From: Camelus ferus
Taxonomy: Eukaryota
Assembly (NCBI RefSeq): GCF_009834535.1
Contig: NC_045698.1
Location: forward strand, 8,434,001 to 8,498,000
Length of the DNA: 64,000 nt
Reading direction: 5' to 3'
The notes below the pieces were generated by a model, which was not told the origin of the DNA, ran no database searches, and saw only the letters and a program-made list of their open reading frames with translations. This document shows positions 34,406 to 48,659 of this stretch, in pieces; positions within the stretch are counted from its first letter, which is position 1, and each line of letters opens with the position of its first letter. A program made the translations under genes and the position numbers.

Positions 34406-37384
34406 TGCAAATTTTCAGCAATGTAAGCAAAAACAAGGGGAAGGAAAATATTCTTCAAAGATACAGTGCAAGAGACAGAAAAGGGCCAAGAGAAAAATAA
34501 AATATTAAAAAGACAAGAGGAGAAGGAAGAGCCTCCCAAAAAATATATTCGCCCTCTTCTCCTTTCTCTTGTTGGCATCTCTATAAATTCGTGCCACATG
34601 AACTTAACATATAGTCCACAAGCTTCTTTCCAAAATAAAAATACCTTCTTAAATAAAAATTTAATTAGTTCTTTGTGAAGTTAAAAATTATAAGAGTGAG
34701 CATGAAATGAGTAAAATGCACCAGACTGTGAATTTAATCAAATTCCTAGAGAAAGGTTTCCCTCTTTGGTCTAGCTTCATTCTGTTATGGCCCAGAGAGT
34801 TAGGTGCTTCTGTAGAAACCCCATTTTACCGATCTTAGACGCTCTGTTCAAATCACTTATACGCTGGGTTTAAAAATGTTTGAGTATGTGTACATGTATC
34901 TGTGTTTACAATCATTTCAATATTTATTGAAAATTAATTTTTGATCAAAGATTTAATTACTGAAGGTGATGGCCCCTGACATTAAGGAGCTTACAGTTTA
35001 TTGTGAGATGAATGACTTATGAATTAAACCCTCATTTGGTTTCTGTTAAGTGTGACTTGGGAAATAACCTATGATAAAAATTTGTCACATAGTGATGCAC
35101 AATTGTGAGCTTCTAGGTTGCACGACACAGTTGTATTTTGTGTCCTCCTCTTGCACTGGCATCCTTTTCCTGTTACCTGTCCACTCACTGAGGCCAACAG
35201 TCAATGCAGACGCCAGCTGAACAGAAAATTACACTAGAGAGAATACTCTCAGATATTATGAATTTCTAAAATATTCAACGGAAAGCTTAAAAAAAAAGGA
35301 GATAGATCCTGAAATAGTAGTCTTAATGAACAATGAGCTAAAAAGAAAGAAAGGCCTTTTTAAAACAAGTGGTTTACCTGTTGTTAAAAAAAAGTTGATC
35401 TACTTAGAGGACTGAGGCTGCAATATAAGCTTACTCTGTTGAAGGAATACTTAAGAAGGCAGAATCTGTGTGAATTCTGGATTACTCTCAAAAATTATCT
35501 TTGTTTCCTTAATATCATACCTAATCAAGTAGCAGTTGTTTTATTCAAGAGATGTTCATTTTGGTTAAATATTCCATGATCACCCAAGACCATTCTGCAT
35601 AGAACAAGCATCTATGGTGTCTAGCTGAGTTGTCAAAATTCTGAAAGGGGGCTTCTAAGATAACCTTGAGCCACAAGTAGATATTTCTCCTCTTTATTTG
35701 AAGGTACAACAGGCTTTCTGAGTGTCTATTTCTTCTTTAATAAAGAGCTTCCTCACCATGAAAAAATCTTCTAAGGTTTTCCCCCTAGCTGTATACTATT
35801 AGCTAGGAATTTTCTATGTGAGGATTTCCATTATCAGAGGTCAGAGATGATGGCAGCATTTCAACCAGTATGCTGGATAGACACAGGGAACTGGTAGCTA
35901 AATGCTCAAGATAAAACTGTGTGAAGTATAAATAAATCCAAACTGAACTTAATTGACAGCTTAATGATAATATCAAAGTCAGCCAACAGGCATCATGCAC
36001 AAAAGTAATTACTTAAATGTCTCAAAGGATTTCTATACAGTCAATATTTATATTTATTTTACTTTAAACTAAACTGCTGGAATTATGAGACACTGAATTG
36101 CTACTGGTAAGTTTTATATGTGACTATATCTGTGATGACAAAGTTTAAGGACATAATTTTACCCACTTCACTTACTACAACATAATCTGCATATTAAAAT
36201 TCATTTTAAAAAAACCTGTACATGAATATAAAGATGAAAGAATTAGAAAGCACAAGAGAGGAAGGAGTGTTATGGCATACTCCTTTATATAAGTCCCCTA
36301 CAGTACCAGTATAGAATTTCCATCAGAAAGTCTGGTAAAACGTATAAACATACGTATCTGTCATTTGTATATTTTTCATCCATCACATAAAACTAATGGC
36401 AGGAAAATATCTAATAATTTCATCAGTCAAGGTAGATGGGGGGGTTATGCTACAGTAAGGACATCCTAAGAAACTTAGCAGCTTAAATTAACAGAAGTTT
36501 AAGGAGAATAAATTTTGCAGTGCCCTTCCACTCTTCCCTGGGCTTGGCATGCCTCTGGAGTTTTGTGGTTGCTTGTTACACAGCATTATTTTGGTAATGG
36601 ATAACTGACATAGCTCTCAGTCTCCTGGGATCTGAATGTAGCTCCCAGTTTATTTTCTTGTTTTGATGGACACTATTTAAAATCAGTTTCAAGCTCACAT
36701 CTATACATTGGCTTCCCCAATCCACAAAGCAAGAGTTACATAAAATACAAGGAGGCATCAGACAGTACTTGTTTTACTGTATTTCTTGCCAAGACGCTAG
36801 GTGTTAACATGAGCCATTCTCTGTGACCAGCTGAGCTCTACTGTTTCCACATCACTCGATGCTCCTACCCACCACCTCTGTCACTTCTCTTCTCGTCCTC
36901 CTTCCGCACACACCTGCAAAGATAACTTCATGTCACCATCCCCAAGCCACTCTCCTAAGGTCAGGGACTGCTGTATTGGATCCTGGAGGTGAAGATTCAA
37001 GGGGAAGGCCTCGTCAGACTGTTCTGCTTAGATGTGACTATAATCCCTTCATACAGGGAGGGCTTCCTTTGGGCACTCTTCAAAAACACCAGGTGGTTAA
37101 CTGAGTTTCTCTCTCTCTGACTCAGAGGTACTGATTCCCTCTTGCCTGGGTTTACTTTCTTCCATTTCTTCTTGCTCTGCTCTCTGCAGATGCAAAGGAG
37201 ACCTGACCGATGACCCACATGAGCCAGACAACCAAGCTCCCTACTTATCTCAGAGGAGAGGCTGGGTACCTGATCATGTCAACTTCAGTCACAATGTTAC
37301 CTCCAAAACGTGGCAACAGGAGAAACGTGCCACAAATTTAGGGTGAAGCATTCAAGGACAATAAAGGCAAATTGCTATGGGAGT

Positions 37385-37640
37385 GGGCAGGTAATACATA
37401 TGACTGCGGTAGGCTGGCTGGAGCCAGAGGTGGCTAAAATCTGCTAGCTCCATCCAAAGGGGATAAGAGCTATTCAAGCTATAGTCAATCACTCCTAAAA
37501 AAATGTTTCAATCTTCCATATGCTTAAAAGAAAGAAAAAAAAAATCTGTAAAAAGTAGTAGTTGGCAACTAATTTTTAAAGAAAATCTTAACCTGCTCCA
37601 AACAAAATAGATAATTTGTGCTATCATTTTGCTACCTTTG
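37385..37640. mobile_element. MER102-like hAT fragment
   Basis: ccaaagggg...gctattcaagctatagtcaat; gttggcaactaatt...ccaaacaaaa. Confidence 0.5.
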
Positions 37641-40029
37641 AATCAGGGGATGGCAAGTAACCAAAGGGGTTTGATCTGTTGGGTAGATTTCTCCAGCAGG
37701 AAAATAGTGTCTTTGCAATCAGAAAACCTGAGAGGTACCTGGACCACACTGTTTATTGGAAGCAACACCCTCCCACCTTGCCTGAGTTTTGGAGAGTCAG
37801 CATTTCACACGGAGGCCACACAGGCAATTCCGTGTGGCACTGTCAAGTTACAGCTCCTGCCAACATCGAGCATATATTGAAACAAAATCTTCCCCCTTGT
37901 TCTAATGTTTATTGAGCAGTTGCTATGCTCAAGGTTCATTTTTGTTGGTTCAAGTATTTAGAGTAGAATAAAACATTGTTTCTATCCTCTGTTTTCTGTA
38001 GATTGAAAAATGCACAGAAATATTTAGCAAATAAATAAACATGACTTCCAGTGTTTTGTGTCTGAAAAAGGTAATTTTTAGAAAAAAAAGCTGGCTTTGA
38101 ATTATGTATCTGAATATCTTGTCTATTTGCCAAAGAATTAGACTTTGGAATAAAGCTATAAAGTACACTTTGATTAAAACCAAGTTGTCTTTGATCAGAA
38201 CCAATTAGTAACTGAAATAGTTAAGAAGCAGTAAAGGAATATTTTCCTGGAGAGAGAAAATTAAAAGAATCATCTCTTGTCTGAGGGATTCTTGTAGAAT
38301 CTTAAAAGACAATATATAGTATCTTAGTACTTGTACTGGAATCTTCATCTCAAAGCATCATTAGCCCACAATCCTACAGTTTTTGCATTTTTCATGAGGA
38401 GGAAAGAAAAGAAGAAAGAAAATGATTTCTGAATCAAAAATTTGAACATGCTGTTTTAATAGCAATGACTCGAAGACTAGATGTCGTCAAACGTCTTTGA
38501 AATTAATTATCTAAGAAGTCTCAGGAGTGTCCATCCTATCAATCTTGTTCGGGCTTGACCTCAAAGGGCCACCTACAAAGTGTGAAGAAAGCTCACACTT
38601 CAGAACGATTCCATGCATGGCCTTGGCCGACACTTACTACATGAAGATTAATTAAGGTTTCTCAGAATACAGATGCTACCTAATGAGAACTGAAGTGACA
38701 CATACCATTTTTCACTTAGGTCAAGAAACAGATGACAGAGTAGCAGATGGTTAACTTGAAGACGGGTCTGATGAAGATATGAATGAGTGCCCCTCAGTTC
38801 TCACGCGGTAGCGTGTGGAAGGCACACGGTCACGCAGAGATGCAGAGGGATCCTGGACCCCAGCCCTCAGCATCAGGGATGCAGCTCAAGTTCTGGCTTC
38901 CAGAGAACAGCACACATTAGCGGAGGCCACTGAGGTTTAGAACGGAATGTGCTGGTGTTAGAGAAGTCCATTTAGATCAGCTCTAATGGATGCATCCTAG
39001 ACTTTAACCTATAATAAGACAAATGCACTCAAGCTCACTTCTGAATGAATATACATTCAGCTTATTCCTTTGAGACCTCCTGTCCAGCCTAATTATGATA
39101 CAGTTTTTGCAGTTTAGTTGCGGCTCAGAGTTAGGAAAGGGGGAAAGGCTGCCTATGTAAAGTATATCTCCTTGACCCCCTTCACTGGAACCTGCTGGAA
39201 TGAAGGAAAATAACTGACAGAATCACACAGACTGAAAATGGAAAATACCTAAACCAGCAGTGCAAACCAGTGAAACTCAACTGAAGACACACAAAGCCAA
39301 TGGGTTTCTCTCCGGAGCTAGAGCAGAAGGCAGACTTCTCTGGAATTAAATAAGAGAATCCCCAGTGTCTCAACCAACGATCTCCTTTCTGACAATGAAA
39401 CTAGAGACACTGGAGATGAAGCCAGAGGGGAAAGAAAAAGAATAAATTACAAAAGCATTTGAAGATCTGACATTTGTCAATGGTACAGAAATTAACCGTA
39501 TCCAAATAGCCAACCAAATGCCGGTAAGGGGAAAATCCCACACCGGCCCTCTGCCAGGATGGTCCCCTCCCTCACCTGGAGCTGCGTCTCCAGTCCAGAG
39601 GATGCTGTACAGAGAAAGAGAAGGTATCTGGGCAGCACATCAGCCAAAATTACTTCCCCCACCCAATTTTACTCTTGAGCAAACTGTGGGCAAGATCTCT
39701 ACTCAAATAATATTAAGAATATTATTAGAAAAAGAAAAGATGAAACAGCATAAAACAGAAAAAGAAAAAGGCAGATCAGAGGGATAATTCAATACGCTGC
39801 AAAACCGCTTACGTAGCCTTATTCCATTTATATAAATGTATCATATAAAGAAACTATCCACATGAAACAGCTGAAAATGTAAACACATGTCTGAGTAGCG
39901 AGCTAGAGGAATGAACAAGGAGCTTCTACTCTTTATTCATACAGGTACATTTTGATTCTCTTGAAATACCGTTTTAAAAAGATGTGAGTTGAGCTTTGTC
40001 TCTGGAAAGAGTAGACGTCTCTCCAGGGA

Positions 40030-40560
40030 AGTGCGGCAGTGCTGTGTCACACTTGACCTTTACCCCATCCATCTCGTACTCCCCTCTTGCTCATGGACAG
40101 CACATGTGACTTGCTTCCAGCCAACAGAACAGGGCAGAGGGAAGGGATGTCGTATCTGTGATCACATGACATTACTAAGACTCTCTTTTGCTAACAGACT
40201 TGGTCAAGGGACCCTCCTGGCTGGCTTGATGAGATAAGCAGGCACACTGGGAAAGCCCACATGGCTCAGAACTGTGGGCAGTTTCAAGGAACCAGGGGCA
40301 GCCTTTAAGAGCTGAGGGCAGCCTCCGGCCTCTCACTGGCTGGTAAGCAGCCTGGACCCTCAGACCCACAGGCACGAGGAAATGAACATGGAGGCAGGTT
40401 CTTCCTCAGTGGAGCCCTCAGCTGAGAACCCAGCCCAGCGGACAGCTTTGTAACAGCTGTGTGGAAGTGTGAGCAAAGGGCCCAGTCAAATTGTGCACGG
40501 ACTTCTGACCCACAGAAACTGTGAGATCATACGTGCATGCAGTTTTAGGCCAAAAGCAAA
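40030..40560 (+). mobile_element. MLT1E/F-like MaLR LTR
   Basis: gtgacttgcttccagccaacagaa; gcccacatggc; ggacttctgacccacagaaactgtgagatcata. Confidence 0.8.
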
Positions 40561-40689
40561 ATAAAGAGCAAAATTCTGAAACTGAAACTATTTCCACTGG
40601 TATGATCCGAATCATGGTGACAAAACATGGGCAGGCCAGGGGCTAGAGATGAGGAGGGTGCATTCTCAAGACCTGTGTTCTCCAAACAC

Positions 40690-41050
40690 TTTTTAAAGGT
40701 CAAGTGTACTGATATAAAATTTACATTCAGTAAAATTCACCATTTTTGGTACAAAGCTTAAGAAATTTTAACAAATGTATAGAGTTGTGTAAGCACCACC
40801 ATGATCAAGATATCAAATACTTTTATCCTCCCAGAGGGAATTCTCCTGCCTCTTTGTCACCAGCCCCCTGTCCCCAATGCCGAGATATCCACTACATGAC
40901 TTCTGTCTACATTTTGTCTTTTTGTGAATGCATAGTAAGTGGAATCATATATTACGCAGATTCATATGTCAGTCTTCTTTCAGTTAACATAATGCTTTTG
41001 AGATTCCGTTGTTGTATAGATTTACTAACTCATTTCTTTTTATTTCTGAA
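40690..41050 (-). mobile_element. L1ME/L1MB-like 3' UTR fragment
   Basis: tttacattcagtaaaattcaccattttt; caccaccatgatcaagatat; aagtggaatcatat; cataatgcttttgagattc. Confidence 0.8.
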
Positions 41051-42207
41051 CTTATTCATCAGGACAGCTACTATGATAAGAGCGTGAGAAGCAGGCGTCC
41101 CGTCACTGTGACCTTTGACAACGTGTGACATCAGAAACAGAGCAGGTTCACTAGACCCCTCCTGCTCTTGATTCGCACAAACCCTGCAAAGTCCTGCGGA
41201 AAATCCCCCAGCTCCACACAGAGGCGGAATGACGACTCCCATCTCACCTCTGCCTTCCCAGTGTCATGTAACTGACCCAACTGGTAAACACCTCCAAAAA
41301 ATCCAGAATTCTAAACGAAAAGAAGTCTGGAAAATGTACTTTTATCCTTCCAGCCTCTGTAGTCCAGGAAGACATCCCTTCTCTTTTTATCTTTGTCTCA
41401 AATATGGACCAGGGCCCCAAACTGGGAGCAAAGGTTCTGTGACTGACACAGTACATGATAAATGTTAAAAGGTCAAAAATTTGTTAGATCAAACTTATAT
41501 ATAAATAGAAGTTTTAATGCTCTCTTTCCACGCTCTCTATTACAGAAATCACATTTTATAAGCCACTATTTTTAGACTAGCAGCAACTTATGATAACAAA
41601 GTCTATAAATTAAAAAGGGACTCTCCCTAAAAAAAAAAGAAAAAGAAAAAGAACAATAGCTTCATAAAAGCCTTGAAGGTCTTCAAATGCCTTCACTGTA
41701 AGTAACTCTGTCTGACTCTCATGAACCTCTTGGAGTCTCCACTTCTACACCTTAAAAGTAAAGAGACAGAGTTAAATATTTCTAAGGACTTTCCAACTCT
41801 AAATTTCTGTATTTCACTCATTCTAGAACATTAGTTATGACACTACATGATAACTCTTCTATATGCAGAGAAAATAGATTAACATGATTAAAAATATGTT
41901 TTAACAGGTGATTTTTTTTTTTAACCTAAGGGAAGTTGAGTAGATTCACCAGTGATAAAATGTGAAAACATTCAGGGGAGAGTAATCAGCTGTATTTCAT
42001 TTCTGGAATAATATGCCTCAGCTTATTAAGGAAGGAAAGCCATGAAGCATTACCAACAGAAGCTGAAAAATCTCCTACAGTGAAAAGCTTAAGAAAAGAT
42101 TACATCCTTCTGCAAGAGTTTAATTGTGGTTCTCCCCAGATACTAGAGAGATTCAAGTATTTCTAATAATTATAATAACACGAAAAATGACTTTTATTTA
42201 CATACTG

Positions 42208-42660
42208 TTGTATCTGCTGGGATGTGCCCATCTGTTCAGTCTGAGTAACAACGTCTAAACGCTAGAGGTTTATTTTTCTTACATGATGAGTCTGGAGGTA
42301 TTTACTTCTATGCCGTGGTTCAAGGATGCTGAAGACGCAAGCTCCATCTTTCTCGATGCCTCTCCCTCCTGGCATGTTGCTGGCCAACTTAGGGCCATGA
42401 GTGGCTGCTGCAGTACCAAGCACTGGTCCACATTTGAGGCCGGGATAGCGGGGAAGGACAGTGCAGTTCCATTATCAGGAAAGCAAGAACTGTCTCAAAA
42501 CACTCAGTAGCTTTATGCTTTTATTCATCAGATCTGTGCCTCAGGGTACACCTCACTACAGAAGAGGCTGGAAGATACAATTCAGCTTTTCCATTTTCAT
42601 AGCAGAGTTGGAAAGGGAGAAGGTGATTGAACCTGGCCAATCTGCAGAGTCTGGCAGAGA
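42208..42660 (-). mobile_element. MLT1I/J-like MaLR LTR
   Basis: gaggtttatttttcttacatga; ggctgctgcagtaccaagca; cacctcactacagaagaggctggaaga. Confidence 0.6.
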
Positions 42661-44499
42661 CTTTAAAAGTTCAAAGAGCTTTTACAGTGTTACATTTTTA
42701 AAGACATCCCCAGCTAGAGTTAACTCCCAGGCCGAGTTACATACAGGCACGAAGCATCTCGCATCCAGTGACCACTGACTGAGAAAATTCTCCACTACAC
42801 TGTGCCGTGGTAGGTCTGTGTTTCTTAGTATAATTTAATCATGTAAAATCTTCTCTTTTCTCTGATCTGTTAAGACACTTGTCAAAACAGCAGATAAAAT
42901 AAGATGATGAACAAATACTGTACTCTAGAATTGTACACAACGCCAAACACTTTGAGTTATTTTCATTTTTTTCCTGCTTACTAAGATCATAAAGTGAACA
43001 GCAAAAAACCATGTAGAAAGTTAAAACTTCAGCAGAAAGCAGAAAGAGCAGCAGAGAGAACCGTCTCCATCATTTCTGAAATGGCAAAGTATTCAGATGA
43101 TGTAAAAGGACACAGTTGTCCATTGATATGAACGGGCTCCTATTAATGCAGAGATTTTGTAAAGAACAATATTTTAATATTGAATTCATGTTTTGTTAGC
43201 TAAAACACCCCTTAGTAAAAGAGTCATTTAAGTATTTTAAAAAAAAACACAATATGCTCATTTAAATAAAATTAAATGGAGATACTATAAAAATCATAAT
43301 GGTAGATTATTATCAAGAGATGCTTATTTAGGAAAATAACCTGTAGTTTTTCCCTTAAAATCCATGGATGCTATGTATTCTGTGAAACACAGGTCATAAC
43401 AAGCATTTTCACTGTAGAGATTAACCTAAACACACGGGGATCTTTCAATCCAGGGAGAGAGAAGAGAAATACACAGATAACTCTAATACCAGTCAGGAAA
43501 TACGATGGGTCCCAAGAGAGGTGCAGGTGAAGGAGAGATGATTGTCCCTTGGGGAGGCTTTAGGGAGCAAAGAACAATTAATTTGGATCTCTACCTGCTT
43601 CTCTCTGTCTCCATGTCCTGAATCATCTGAAGGTTTAGGCTAAAAGGATGCAATAAGTCTTCCCGGCGACTGTCGACATCCAACCAGGGACCAAACCCCT
43701 TCGCCTTGAGCTCTCTCATATCCCACTCCAGCCCCAGGCTACCTCCTGGGGACAGGGTATGGTTTTCACTCTCCTGGAGTCTTGCCAAACTTCTAGCCTT
43801 TCGATCTGATTCTCAACAAGGTCCCTGGGGGTCACTTTTTCCCCAAAGGAAAATCTGGTTATAGTACTGCCCTGCTTTCAAACACAACCCCTGCCACCCT
43901 AACCACCACCTCCACCTCCAATTGTGATTTTTTTCACTGTCTACAGAACAAAAGGTTAAAATCCCTCAGTCAGAACAATCTTACACTATCACCAGGGAAA
44001 TGGCCTGATTCTCAGGCTGAACTGATAGAAAGGATGACACAGAAAGACACAAACAAGGGTTGGGCAGTGGTCCTGAGCCCTCTGTTCCTGGGTAATCTCA
44101 TCTCCCTGGGCCCCGAGTCTGCCTGTGACATCATGCAGCACTTCGTGACATCATCTGGCCCCAGAATTCCTCTGATGCCAAGAGCGGAGCCCCCTATTGT
44201 GCCTGCACTGAAGCCTTAATGCCTGGACAGCAACAAGAAGATGGTACTTGGAGAAACTTCCATAGTCAACCGATTCTGCTTCAAGGGGGACATTATCCAC
44301 CAGCGACACATGTGGCTTTATTGTTAGTTCACTTATAAGTAAAAGTAATAACACCTCCTCTTCGAATTGTATTGTTAGGAATACTTCTTTGATTTCAGCA
44401 AACCCATACAGAAGGAAACCCAGTCTATACGATCTGGATGGCGAGTAGAGGGGAAACAAATTAGGAAGGTAACGTGGCAACCGTGTTCCTCGTCTTCTC

Positions 44500-44792
44500 T
44501 TACTTTTTGCTTCTCCTAAGCCCTCAAGGCCTGGATTCTGTGATGTCACTCTCTTCTTATCTATCCAGGCTACTTTTAACCAGTTCCCTTTCCACAATGT
44601 CACAGAGCACATCTGTCATCGTTTTTATCCTACAGTGTTGTCAGCCGTTACATACTTTCCTTCTCTACTATTACAGTCTTCTGGAAAGAGCCACATACTG
44701 TCATTAACCTTTCCAGTCTGCCACCTAAGAGCTCAATAAATGCTTGCTGACTGGTTGAATCCATATATAGCTGAGTGAACAAATGAATGAAT
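44500..44792 (+). mobile_element. L2 3' end
   Basis: gctcaataaatgcttgctgactggttgaat...gaacaaatgaatgaat. Confidence 0.6.
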
Positions 44793-45788
44793 CCTCTCAA
44801 GACCCTACCGTACACCTCACTTGCTGCTTCTTTTCCTCTCAGACGTCCGTCACAAAGCTCCTCCGCTGATGGTCCCCAAATCCCAGCCCAGTAAAGCCTA
44901 AAGAGCTGTAGGAGTTAAGTCTAATTTTAACCGCGTGAAGACTTCAACAGTTCGAAGGAATTTATTTCCCAGCTTTGAGATGTGACTCCAAGGCTGTGTT
45001 TATGTGATAAGCTCAATACTTCTTGGCAGTTAAAAAAAAAAATGGAGTCGATGGCTAAATAGTTACAAAGAAGCCTAAAATAGTTTTCCTGTAAACTGAT
45101 CTCAGATAGAGCAAAAGCAACTTGAAGGATGTCTAAACTTTCTCCTTCGTTGGCTTGTACATGGAAATCCTTTAGGGTGGATCTGGGGAAAAGGAGATGA
45201 AGAAGACTGTTCATAAACTTGAACTCTTTTCACGAAATCCCTTACCCTGCTCCCTCCTCCAGCATCTGCAACTGCAGCTCAGGACAGGGGCCACCGTCAC
45301 AGCAGAGTCAGTGGACAGAAGGGTAGGGCTGAGCTGACTGTTAGCAGCAAGGTTTTTGCTAAATGACTCTCTTATTCTTTGTCATGGCGAAACAAAACAC
45401 AATGCAATCTGATCCCCTGCCTATGAACTTTAAACATATGAAGGAAAACAAGTTTTAATCGCCTGTCACTCCACAGAATCCATCCAGATAACTACTCTTT
45501 ACTTTCAAATGTCTTTCTTACTGACTTAGTTATCAAAGGGGTATCACTGACATTCACATTCTTTTAACCCATGACTGGTCCTATTTGATGACATTGTTTA
45601 TAATTTAATTGGCTTAGTCCTAATTTTATTAGGGCATTTTTATTACTTGCCATGTACATATGGAAATGTATTTCTGTCAATTTTAATTGATTTAACACCA
45701 AGCTATATTACATTAAGTGTTCAGGGTTTACTATTGCCTTTTAAATTAAAAAAAAAAGCAGATATTCTTAGGCTAATATCCCATAAAA

Positions 45789-46370
45789 ATAATAACATAT
45801 TTATTGTGTTTACTGCACATTGCACACTGTTTTAAGCTCTTTACATGTATTAACTTTGAGAGTCTCACAACCCTATGAGGTAGATAGTATTATTAACCTT
45901 ATATTAACAGATGAGGGAACTAAAACATAGAGAGGTTAAATAATGTAATAAAATAACAGTTTATAACATTTTCAGTTATGGATAACTTTTACATCTTAAG
46001 TATCCATGCTAGCCACATGGCATTAGGCAAGATACCTTATCTCATTAAACCTCACCTGTCGGATGGGCATTATAATTGTCTATGCTTGCAGATGGAGAGG
46101 ATTAATAAGATCATGTGTGAGGCACAATGCCCCAGAGAAGTCCTCACTGATTTTTAGTTAATATTATTATTACTAGCAATTCAAACATTGACTTCTAGTC
46201 TTGGATCTGGAGCTAGTATTTTGTGTAATGTTGGAGAAGACACTTAAGCCCCAAGTTTCCCGAATTTCTTTACCTATGGAGGGAGATGAGCGCAATGTGT
46301 AGCAAGATCATAGCAATGTTTGCAGAAGCGGCCGGTCAGCTGTAAGGAACTATACACATACAAACTATCA
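45789..46370. mobile_element. Cluster of MIR fragments
   Basis: 45789-45945 core ctcacaaccctatgaggtagatagtattatt...acagatgagggaactaaaacatagagaggttaaataa; further fragments to 46370. Confidence 0.75.
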
Positions 46371-48329
46371 CTTTTATGACATCAACTGGGAGAAAATTGC
46401 TTTGACCTTTTATTCCACAATTACCACATCAGAAAGTCTCAGGGTTCCTGAGCTCACACAGCTAAATGTTTTCATTAATTTTTTTTTTTATGGACAAAGT
46501 TGTAGATGATTTAAAAAAAGAAAAGAAAAAAAAAAGAAAAACAGCTTTCAGGAATATATTCAACAAAGCAACTGTCTGAGATTGTCTTGGGACATACGTC
46601 TGTTGCTGCAAAGTTTCACAGCCCTTGCTTCTACAGCTATGGGTGAAATCTAGTGGACTTAGAATTCCCACAAACAACATCAAGGCATCAAAAAAATGCT
46701 GGAATGTTTTCAGTATTTGCTCTTAATTCACTAAAGGAAATAGAGCAATGTTAATACAGAAATAATTTTATAAGATAATTTAAATAAAAATATTATAGTG
46801 CTGACAAAGATCAGATTCTAATTAAATGTAAATTCTATTTATTTTAAACTAATTTTCCAATGATGTTGACTAAATGGGTATAATTTAAATAATCTTTTTA
46901 TAAATTGGAGATATAAACAATGCTTTTGCATATAGTAAACAGAGAGTAAAAAAACCACTGAGCAGTCATTCCTTCTAGAAATTAGAGTTTAGTAACCTCC
47001 CACAGTTGCCATCCTCAGTGGCTAAAAGTAGGCTAAAAATAAAACAAAACAGATATACTGGCTTGAGAAAAAAAGATTATATAAGGTTAACTTTTGATTA
47101 ATTATATGGATAGTAAAAATGGAGAAATGGTACTGAAGCAGCATATGAAAGTAGGATGATTTCATGATAATAAAATCTTCTATATGAGCCTGAGGTAATG
47201 CTAAAGATGAGTAAAAACAAAGTTATAATTTTAGTCAATGCAAAAGTGGTATGTATACCCTGTGGCAAATTAGATTAAAAGAAGGAAGAAATGAGAACTT
47301 CAGATCTTATATCTTCCTGTGAAAAATAAATATTGAATATGACCAGACAGAAATGGTAAATAAAGTTAGTGTTTTATTTTCTTATTTTAGGATGAAGAAA
47401 ATGAACATGAATGGGATATTTCAGTAACACCATTTGCTGTTTCTGCTATTATGATGAAGGCTGAGTTTAAAATTATTTACTCTTTGTAGAGGTATTTAGC
47501 ACCTAGATACGTAAGAAATGCAAATACTCACCTACCAAGAACAGTTCTTTTCCTAGTGCTTTCATCAGGAAGATAAGGCTTCTATACCAAAACTTCAGTT
47601 ATGATCAGAATATTTAAAAATCAGCTCCAATTTAATAGGAAGAAATAAAGAAATAAAGCAGAGCTACAATTGTGCATCTTTCTTAGGGTATAAATTAGAA
47701 GAAAATGTGTGATGGATTTGAAGACTAAAATGAGTCGTCTGAAAAACTCAATCAATAAAATTAAACTTGCCATCTTGACCTACTATTCTCCTGGAGAGGA
47801 GACCCAGGGGCACCCCAAGGATCCCAAGTGACATCCATCCAAACAGATCAAGTCTGTGACAAGACTGTAGGTTTGACAGCAAGTTAAATATTACCTTAGT
47901 TGTAAATTACCCTCTGTATTTCATTTCGTTACATAGAGAGTATATGCTTGCTGTGAGTGATGGCTTAATTTATTTTTAAAGAGAACTTGAAAGATTTTTC
48001 ATATGATTATATGTGAAAACAAAGTGAAGGAACCTGATGGAAAGAGTGCTCCCACAGAGCTAAAACTGGTAGAAAATGAAAAAACAGAAACCCCAGCAAA
48101 ATGGACTGGAGTTGACCTCCCAGGTAGAGAAACAAATGCCTCAACAAATCTTTAAATGTTTTTAACTTCCTAGCAATAATGACAGTTCGTTTTTGTTTTT
48201 TTTTTTATGAAAAACTGTATTTTTAAAGACCACTGCCTGAATTTCTCTCTCCCCTCTAACATCTCATTCAGGTAAAGTTACAGAGCCTAACACTTGTTGC
48301 CTGGACAACTTACTTGATTTAAATACATT

Positions 48330-48560
48330 ATAGAGCAGTGTGGAAGCAAACTCACTTCCAAGGTAAAGGAAATTTAGATTTGAATCCATTCTGAAATTGA
48401 ACAGATAATGTTAGCAACGTTAGCTATTAGTTAGTAGCAAGTTGCTAAATCTGCCTTTCTCACCTTCATTTCAACATGGGGACAATGCAACCTTCCTCCT
48501 AGGTAAGCTGTAAGGATTCAGAAAGACAATGAATGAAAACTTATTTGCATTATAGCACTT
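48330..48560 (+). mobile_element. MIR fragment
   Basis: gcaagttgctaaatctgcc...ccttcatttcaacatggggacaatgcaacc...gctgtaaggattca. Confidence 0.5.
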
Positions 48561-48565
48561 AATCC

Positions 48566-48659
48566 TTATTAAAAGCAACAATAATAGCCATGCAAAAATA
48601 AAATATTTTTATGATTATCATTATTAAAAGCAATATGATAGCTGTGCAAAATAAAATAT
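48566..48659. repeat. Diverged ~40-bp direct repeat
   Basis: ttattaaaagcaacaataatagccatgcaaaaataaaatat (48566-606) and ttattaaaagcaatatgatagctgtgcaaaataaaatat (48621-59). Confidence 0.8.

Noticed and set aside
44151..44612. 153-aa minus-strand ORF
   Set aside because: Partly overlaps L2-derived sequence; no recognisable protein or splice structure
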